A stretch of DNA of 38,859 bases, from assembly GCF_000315625.1 (NCBI RefSeq), contig NW_005434585.1, positions 1-38,859 on the forward strand, written 5' to 3'. Shown in pieces: positions 20,401-28,417 of this stretch. A model generated the notes under the pieces. That model saw nothing but the letters and a program-made list of their open reading frames with translations. It ran no database searches and was not told the DNA's origin. A program made the position numbers and the translations under genes. The DNA comes from Guillardia theta CCMP2712. Its lineage: Eukaryota; Protista; Cryptophyta. The first letter of the stretch is position 1. Every line of letters begins with the position of its first letter.

Positions 20401-23400
20401 GGAGAGGAGAGGAGAGGAGAGGAGAGGAGGAGAAGAGGAGGGAAGCATTTTCCAGACCTTGAAGACCTCGCGCACGATCACTCCGATGTCTCTGCCAATG
20501 CTCTGAACCCCCGCGAGGTCGGCGATGAAGTTTGCGATGTCAGTCACTAGCCCATGGTCCACCTGTCGTACTCTTAGGTCCCCTCCCCTCCCCTCCCCTC
20601 TTCCCCGCCGCCACCACTCCTCTCTCTTCCTTCCCTCCTCTCCTTCCCTCATCCTCGTCCTCCTCGTCCTCCTCTCTCTACTTCTTCCCTCCCCTCCTGT
20701 CCTGTCCACCCTCTTCCCCTCCTCCCCTCTCCCGTCCTCTCCCCCCTCCTCATATCTCTTGACCTGCATCCGCAGCCCCTGCACGTGCACCACAACCTTC
20801 TCCCACCCCTGCGCCGAATAAGAACGGGGGGAAGCGAGCGAGCAAGTAGAGGAGGAAGACGCAATCGTTTCAGGAACGAAGCACGAGGAAGACAGGGAGA
20901 GAGGGGAGGGGGGGGAGGACGGGGGTGGGGGGGGGGGGGGGGGGGAGGAAGGGAGAGGAGTGGTGGCGGGGGGGAAGAGGGGAGGGGAGGGAGGGGGGCG
21001 TGTGGGGGAGAGAGAGCTTGGAGGCGGTGGGCTTACGAGTGTCGGAGGAACGAATCTCTTCTTGAGAATCTCATCGAGCTCGGCCCTCTGGAAGGTGACG
21101 ACGGCAAGTGGGTCGTTCTGTCAAACACCATGAGGGCGATTCTGTGTATGAGAGAGAGAGAGTTGATTCTCCGAGGCAGAGGAAAGCAGGATGAGGGAGA
21201 ATGAGGAATGTAGGATGAGGGAGGAGGGGGCGATGCTCACTGTTTCCGCTTGCCATATGACTCGTTTCCCCCGGCTGACTAAGTTCGTTACTGGGATCGT
21301 GACATCCAGCTGGGTGAGAACGTCCTTGATGAGCTGAAAGTTGGCCTCTCCTTTAGCAGTGAGCCTGATCCACGCGTTCTCCGATCCCCCTCCTCCCCCC
21401 CCCCCTCCTCCTCCTCCTGTCCCACCACCTTTCTGCACGTCCTCTAGGCTTGATATGCCGGAGCCGACAACAAAGAGGCTGGCGCTACCTACAGCCAGGT
21501 TGACGGTGATAACAGGAGGCTTGACCAACTCTGGCTCGCTCTTGCTTGCTGCCATCGCCTCCTCCTTCTCTGACGCTCTTCCTGCCTGCCCCAAGGTGTT
21601 GAGCGTGCTCATGGCGGGCTGGTAGCGCTGAGAGAGGCCGAGGAGGAGGCGATGCAGGTGCTTGCTGTGGATGGAGAGACCGACATCTCTGACATTGAAG
21701 GGGAGGATGATGGCGCGTACTTGCCCTTCGTTGAGACTTCCGGCGATGCCCTCGACCTCCATCCTTCCTCGGAACTCGATCCGATGGATCCACACTAGGG
21801 CATAGATGTCCGGACCCAAAACCTGCCCGGCGATCAGCAGGTTGAGTGTATCGCAAGGAGATGCAGGGGAGCAGAGAAATGGCGACGCAGACGCAAAGGG
21901 AAGGAGTGAGGGAGGAAGAAAGGGAAGGTAGGGAGGGAGGAAAGAACCTTTCTCGCACTGTTCGTGCTTGAAACAGGCACGGAAAACGTCGGGTCATCAC
22001 AGTAGAGTCCACACTCAGGTACGATTGACTCGCAGGAGATGACGTTGACTAGCCCGTCGTCCTTATGAGTGTTGTTACCTTCGCAGATTACCATGAGCTA
22101 GCGACAGGGTCAGCAGGAGGAAGAGACGGTTGACCTGCCTGACCTGATTGACATGGAGGTAAAGGTGAACATCTTTCCCATCCTCTGCCGGGATCTCGAC
22201 GGAGATCATCGGGTGAATGATTCTGATGTCGAACCGAAACCTCAACTGCACAACACGGGCAGCAGCATCAGTCTTGAGTGATGGAGTCGAGTTTGTTTCC
22301 TCACCACCAGGATCGAAGGAGTTTCAAAGTGTTGCTCCCCATCTTGAACGAGACTGTCTCCTCCGTTACTTTCTTTCTCTCCGCCTCTCCTCACCCGCCC
22401 AAATCGTCGCCCCCCTTTCCTGCCTCTTTCCTCACCTCTTGTCAAACAAGCTCATGGAAGGCTGGCGGCGATGCGGACTTCCTGACTCGTCTGGGACCGG
22501 AACAGACTCCAGCGCAAGCCCCATGGCCACCAGCGTCTGAATGCACATGGCGTAGTCGACGAACCCCTCGACCATGCTGACCTGCAATGATCGCACGAAG
22601 AGATCACGAGGAGAGAAGATAGAGAAGAGATGATGAAGGCGTGTGAAACAGCGAGAGCGAGTAAAGATCTTTGAGCGATAGATGAAGATGACCCAAACCT
22701 TGAGAGAGTCAATGAAGGCGAAGACAGAATGCTCGAGGATCGGTTCGGGTGGTCGAAAGTCTGAGAACATCATGGTACAGCTCTAAAGAGGAAGAGATCA
22801 GCATCAGCATCAGCATCAGCATCAGCTATGAGAGATATCATTTCACCTTCCACTCAAAGCGCAGAAACTTCCGTTTTCTCCCGTACACTTTCACCTGGTA
22901 GGATGGTTATCTGGGCGGCCCGGCTCGTGTCTCCCTCACCGACGCCAACTCTTCTGCCTCCTCTGCTCGAAGGGGATGAACGATCCAGAACTTGACCTCA
23001 GGGATCTGACCCGACAGGCGTCAGAAGCGTCTCCTTGCAAGCACAGAGACCTGGAGCTCCTGCAGGTCCTCTTCATCGGTTGATGTTCTCCATGGAGCTT
23101 GGAGGTAGAGGCAGCAAGGATCCGCTAGATCGAACAAGGAGAACGCTCCGATCTCAACCTGTACATCACGGAAACCCAAGAAACATGTGAGGGTCAGCCA
23201 ATAGACAGCTGACTTGCAGGTCATGCCTGAGTTGTCTTCTCATAGTCGCTGGGGCCAACGACATAGCCCATAGCCAAGTTGTTCACTGACAGAGCAAGAC
23301 CTCGCCGAAGATGGGGGGCAGAGACAGACGGCCCATCAAGAATGGCAGAGATAACGAGCTCGGGGATATCCATCTGCCACCAGAAGAAGATCACAAGGTC

Positions 23401-24592
23401 GAACCAAGAGGACCCGCTAGATTCCCACAACCTTGAAGACGAACGTGTCGCGCGTGAACTGACCGTACTTGAACGGATCGAATGGAATGTCAGTCCGTGA
23501 GAAAGCAGAGAAGACTCCCTTGAAGCTCTCTGCTCCCAAGGTCAAACGCAGCCCATGTTCCTCGTCCGAAGTCACCTCCGACATGAAGCAGGTCTTCCCC
23601 GTCAAGGTGGCAGATGAGAGGTTCAGTGCTCGTGATCTCAATGGAGCTGCAAACACATGTCAAGATCCTTCACCCGATGCACACACCAACCTCATCTTGT
23701 CGAGCGTAACATCCTCCCCCTTGGCGTTCTGCCACTTGGGCTCGAACAAGTTGACATACTCGAATTGGAAGCTACATCCTTCGAAGACAGAGACCTCGGG
23801 AAACCACGGGTTCGAAGGTGTGAGGTTCACAGATAGGAAACAACTTCCCTTCTTGAACACGTACACCTCATCATCCAAAAATTTTGAGTACGCGCGAGCT
23901 CGCTTCAAATCACAGATGTTCCCATTCTCGTCCGTGCTGTACAAGTCTAAATCTCTCACAAAGACGTTGATGGTCGGCGGAGCAGTCAAGTTGATGCCGG
24001 GAGATTCTGCCTTCGACTCTCCGAGTGTTGAGATCTCCAAGTGGATCTCTTTGATCTTCCAGTGAATCCCGTGCCAAATCTTTTGCATCAGGGTGTAGTT
24101 CTTCTTCACCCGCTTCCTCCATGTGCCGTTCCTGGTCTCATGGAACTGGTTGGTGCAGTGCTTGTCGCTCTCCCTCGTCACACTCTTCTTCTCTCCCTCA
24201 CGAGACGAGCTTCCTGAACCTGCTCCTGCAGGCTGCGCCGGCTCCCCCTGGCTCCATGCATCGCCTGTCTCGGGGCAGACGTCGTAAGGGACGATGTTGG
24301 CAGGCTCTTTGATCTCCAGATGTATCCGTCCTATCTCCACAGACATGGGCTCAGACTTCATGCTCTGTATGCGAGCATGGATGATGATGTAGTCGATGCG
24401 GCCACTTGTTATCACAAACGGCAAGCCAGGGATGAGCTTTGCTAGCCACGTGGGATCCACCCTGAGATCCTTGAGGATCATCTGCTGCCCGCTCCCCAGC
24501 GAGAACTTGAACTTGGTGTTCTTCCGGGGATTGAAGTCAAGCAGGATGGCTCCTAGGTGCTTCTGGAGCATCCTTCCCAGCAGAGCCTCCAT
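17471..24592 (-). CDS. Bridge-like lipid transfer protein, BLTP3/UHRF1BP1-like (Chorein_N / VPS13 superfamily), multi-exon; linkage of the part 3' of the gap at 19341-19440 uncertain
   Basis: N-terminus MEALLGRMLQKHLGAILLDFNPRKNTKFKFSLGSGQQMILKDLRVD...LPFVITSGRIDYIIIHARIQSMKSEPMSVEIGRIHLEI is a Chorein_N pattern. KIWHGIHWKIKEIHLEI...DLYSTDENGNICDLKRAR...EVYVFKK resembles the BLTP3 segment. Later exons are rich in alternating hydrophobic beta-strands. Confidence 0.75.
18662..18771. repeat. (CAT/CAC)n trinucleotide microsatellite (intronic)
   Basis: Directly visible; produces the spurious poly-H/I/S/D/M ORFs. Confidence 0.96.
19341..19440. other. Assembly gap (100 N)
   Basis: Run of exactly 100 N, probably an unknown-size placeholder. 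Confidence 1.
19546..19610. repeat. (CCCCTG)n hexamer microsatellite (intronic)
   Basis: Directly visible. Confidence 0.9.
20278..20430. repeat. (GGAGA)n pentamer microsatellite (intronic)
   Basis: Directly visible. Confidence 0.97.
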
Positions 24593-24711
24593 CTCCAAAC
24601 TTTGCTCTCAATTCCCTCAGACAGTACAGTTTAGCATGAGATCGTGACGTTCACTGCTAGGAGCAGAAGTTTGATCATACAGCATTAGACCTCGATCACA
24701 CTGCAAGCTCG

Positions 24712-25127
24712 TCAAGCTCCCCAACAGCAGCAAGGTCCGACAACAACCATGTCAAGTTTTGAGCTGATGTGGAACGATGTGCGGAGTATTTCGTTAGAAG
24801 TGAAAGTCTGACTGGAACGAACGAACCCCAAGAACGCGAGGCAATAATCACAGAGATCGCTTCTAAATGCAGAAGACGCGATGAACAGAAATCGCAAGGC
24901 AAATGGTCCACGGTCCCTGTGCCGTGAGGAAGGAAGAAAGGGGAAGAGGGGAGATGTTCTGAGGTTCAGAGAGGAAGTGAGCGGAGGAGGGGGGGGGAGG
25001 ACGAGGGAGGATGGCAGGGGGAGGAGGGAGGATGGCAGGGAGAGGAGAGGAGGAGGGAGGATGGCGGGGGGGAGGAGAGGAAGGTAGCGATGAGGAGGCG
25101 CTACGGCAATGGGTTTGGGATCGCCAT
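24712..25127 (-). CDS. Putative small spliced ORF/uORF upstream of the BLTP3-like gene
   Basis: ATG 25127 (GCACCATGG context), exon 25127-25105, GT..AG intron 25104-24917 filled with CT-rich low complexity, then an open frame: MAIPNPLPDRGPFALRFLFIASSAFRSDLCDYCLAFLG...KLDMVVVGPCCCWGA*. Confidence 0.35.
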
Positions 25128-25314
25128 GGTGCGAAGCTGGAGGCGCTAGAATATTGGGGATGCACACAAGGGTGGGGTGAGCTCTACCCCACCTTGCAAG
25201 GGAAATTTTCCAATGAGATCCTTCATTTTGGGGGTAGGGTGAAGAGGAGGAGTAGGAATTGGAGGGTGGGTAGTTAGAGTGAACCCAAAGCAATGAGGCG
25301 GGTTCGTTTTGAAA

Positions 25315-25419
25315 TAACGGAACGCAACGTCGACGCAACGTGAAACGGTTTGTTGGTTATATTCCGTTGCAAGACGTTATTACCGTTGCAATTCAAAGCA
25401 AACGACCAACCGCCAACGG
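25315..25419. promoter_or_regulatory. Cluster of AACGG (MYB/MSA-like) motifs in the divergent BLTP3/CFAP52 intergenic region
   Basis: TAACGG 25315, AAACGG 25343, CCGTTG 25364, CCGTTG 25383, CAACGG 25414. Confidence 0.45.
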
Positions 25420-25441
25420 ATCAAGGACCCCAACCCTCTAG

Positions 25442-25481
25442 CCCCTACCCCTACCCCTACCCCTACCCCTACCCCTACCCT
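25442..25481. repeat. (CCCCTA)n hexamer repeat (TAGGGG on - strand; G-quadruplex capable)
   Basis: About 6 perfect units, directly visible. Confidence 0.93.
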
Positions 25482-25731
25482 CATTTTATTTATTATCCAC
25501 CCCTACGAGACAATTCAGAACGAGGCCCGCATTATGACCCGCCCTCAGTCATACAGAGCAAAAACATGCATATAGTACCCGGTCATTTTGGCTTGAAGCT
25601 CCCACCCACCCCTCCATCTGACTACCTTCCCCTGGTAAGAACCCACCGGGATTTGAAAACCCACCCTCCAACCACATCCACCCCCATCGTGAGACTCACC
25701 ACCCCCCTCCGGTCGTCTCCTGACAGCCGCC

Positions 25732-28351
25732 ATGGAGCATCTTGAGCTCAATGCTGTGATTGGCTTCGCAGGTAAGCGACTCTCCTCCTCCTCCTCCTCC
25801 TCCGTCCTCCTCCTCCTCCTCCTCCTCCTCCTCCTCCTCCTCCTCCTCCTCCTCCAGGAGGAAGGGCGGAAGGAGCGAAGGGAGGGAGGAGTGGAGCTGA
25901 ATCAGGAGGAGGAGGAGGAGGAGGACCCGCTTCAAGCTCCCTCCCTGACTGCGGGTCCACTCATCAGCTTACCTCTGCTATCGCGAATCTCTTCCCCTTT
26001 CCCTTCCTCTGCTTCTCCTTTGTTGTTCCCGTCGTATTCATCAAGTTTTACGTGTATCTGCATTTCTTGGTGCTTTTCTGGTTTTTTTCTCCGTTTTCTA
26101 TGGGATCCTGTGTGAAATGCTGTCGTCGCCCATTCACTATCACCTGGATGCTCTTGCATCTGCAACTCCAATCTCATTGATTCACTCTGTTTTCTCCACC
26201 ATCATATGCCAAAATTTCCTTGACGACGTGCTTCTGGTTGTTGAATTCAGCTGATGAGCTCTGACTCGCAGGCACTATAGTGGATGGCATCATACTGCTG
26301 CCTGACAACCGGAGCATGGTCTTCGCGTTGGGGTCTACCATCATCAAGCGCGACATCGTAGACCCTAAGAATCAACAATTCCTGCAAGGACATAGTGACA
26401 GGGTGACGTGCATGGCCCTGTCGCCGTCCGGCAAGTACCTGGCGTCCGGTCAGGTCACCCACCTGGGCTTTCAGGTGGCTGGAGCGGGATGAATCGGAGG
26501 GGTCTGACTGGTTGAGCTCAGGCCGACGTGATCGTCTGGGACATGGAGAGCTTGGAAATCGTCCACAGGCTTCGCCTTCACAAGGTCTGCGCCCTCCTCC
26601 TTCCCCGCCTCCTTGACCCGCCTGCAGGTTCGCGTGGAGGCCTTGGCGTTCTCGTGCAATAGCAAGTGGCTGGCGACTGTGGGAGGAGAGGACGACAACA
26701 GCCTGGTGGTCTGGAACCTTGAGACCGGGAAGGCGGTTTGCGGATCCCCAGCAGCCAACCATCCGTGTCGGACTGTGAAGTTTGCGAAGCACGACGAGTT
26801 TCTGCTCATCACGGCCGGGGAGGGGAACCTGCGCGTGTGGGACTTCGACCTGGCGAACCGCAAGATCAGACCCACCGACTGCAACCTCGGCAAGCTGCAG
26901 CGATCAGTGAACTACATCTACGTCGACGATCACGATGAGTACATGTACGCCGGGACGACGACCGGAGACGTGCTGAAGGTGAACCTGAGGACGAAGTTGT
27001 TCAAGCACGTCGGCCCCAAGTCGAGGCTGAGCCAAGGAGCAAGCTGCATCAACATGACGCCCGACGGAGACCTGCTGGTGGGCAGCGGCGACGGGACGAT
27101 CGCGACCCTGGACGCCGAGACCCTCAAGCTGAAACAGACGACGACGATCGACGGAGGAGCCATAACCTGCATCGCTCCGCACGTGTCCAAGCAGGTGAGA
27201 GAGGAAGGGGAAGGGGCGAGTGATGTAAGAGATAGAGAGGGAGGGAGAGAGGGAGATGGAGGGAGAGAGTCAGAGTCAGAGAGAGGGACGGAGGGAGTGA
27301 AGGAATCTTTGTGTTGAGATGTAGAGTATGACGGGTGTTCACGGCTCTTGTTTCCTTTGCTCTCATCATGCGACTGACTTGTCTCTCAGCTCTTCTTCGT
27401 CGCCACATCTCTCTGCTCCACCTTTGTCGTCAAGTACGAGGGCCTCCAAGCCGAGCTGAGGTCCACCTGCCACTCGTCCAAGATCCACGACGTGGTCTAT
27501 CCCTTCGGCTACTCGGAGCTCTTCGCCACCTGCTCCCACCAGGACATCCGCGTGTGGAACGCGCGCACGTGCGCGGAGCTACTGAGGATTCAGATCCCCA
27601 ACCTCGAGTGCAACTGCGTCTGCTTCGCGCGGGACGGCAAGGCGATCCTGAGCGGCTGGTCGGACGGGAAGATCAGAGCCTTCGGGCCGCAGTCGGGCAA
27701 GCTGCTGTTCGTGATCAACGACGCGCACGTGGGAGGAGTGACGGCGATCGCCTGCGCCAACGACCCGCAGAGGATCGTGAGCGGAGGGTTCGACGGGTCT
27801 GTGAGGGTGTGGAGGATCACGGCAGAGAGCCGGGTGATGATCGGGTCGATGAAGGAGCACAAGGCGACTGTGAACTGCATCAAGGTGCGAGGAAACGACC
27901 TTGAGTTCGTTAGCGCGAGCTCGGACGGCTCCTGCATCATCTGGGACATGAGGAGATTCGTGCGGAACAACTCGCTGTTCGCGTCCACCTTCTTCAAGGC
28001 CGTCCTCTACCACCCCGACGAGTCTCAGCTGCTCACCACAGGGACCGACAGGAAGATCACCAACTGGGACGCGTATGATGGCAGCGCCATCCGCATCGTC
28101 GACGGGTCAACGTCGGCGGAGGTGAACACGCTGGACATCGCGGGGTCGGGGAGTTCTTTGTGAGCGGAGGAGGCGACAAGATCCTCAAGCTGTGGCACTA
28201 CGACGAGGGTCAGTGCCAGGCCGTGGGCATCGGACACAGCGGGGCCATCACGCGAGTCGCCGTGTCGCCGGACCAGAGGAACCTTGTGTCAGTCGGAGAC
28301 GAAGGAGCCATCCTCATCTGGAATATCCCTCCTCGCTTCTCCTCCTCCTGA
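25732..28351 (+). CDS. CFAP52: Cilia- and flagella-associated protein 52 (WDR16/FAP52), WD40 axonemal inner-junction protein; apparent 1-nt frameshift at ~28148-28151
   Basis: MEHLELNAVIGFAG|TIVDGIILLPD...QQFLQGHSDRVTCMALSPSGKYLASGQVTHLGFQ|ADVIVWD...HK|VRVEALAFS...GGEDDNSLVVWNLETGKAVCGSPA...RSTCHSSKIHDVVYPFGYSELFATCS...IQIPNLECN...SGWSDGKIRAFGPQSGKLL...YHPDESQLLTTGTDRKITNWD, a characteristic CFAP52 sequence. Confidence 0.96.
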
Positions 28352-28417
28352 TGTTCAATATGTAAAGTGCTAACTCTACCTGCCTCCTCCTCCTCCTCCT
28401 CCTCCTCCTCCTCCCTC

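Noticed and set aside
25442-25481. (CCCCTA)n as a telomere
   Set aside because: Short, internal and flanked by genes; at most a telomere-like microsatellite.
25920-26265. CTGATGAG on both strands (hammerhead core / box C-like), one followed by a stem
   Set aside because: No GAAA after stem II, and the TGATGA-CTGA spacing is far too short for a C/D snoRNA.
26904-28237. Antisense and alternative-frame ORFs overlapping CFAP52
   Set aside because: Shadow ORFs expected from high GC3 codon bias.
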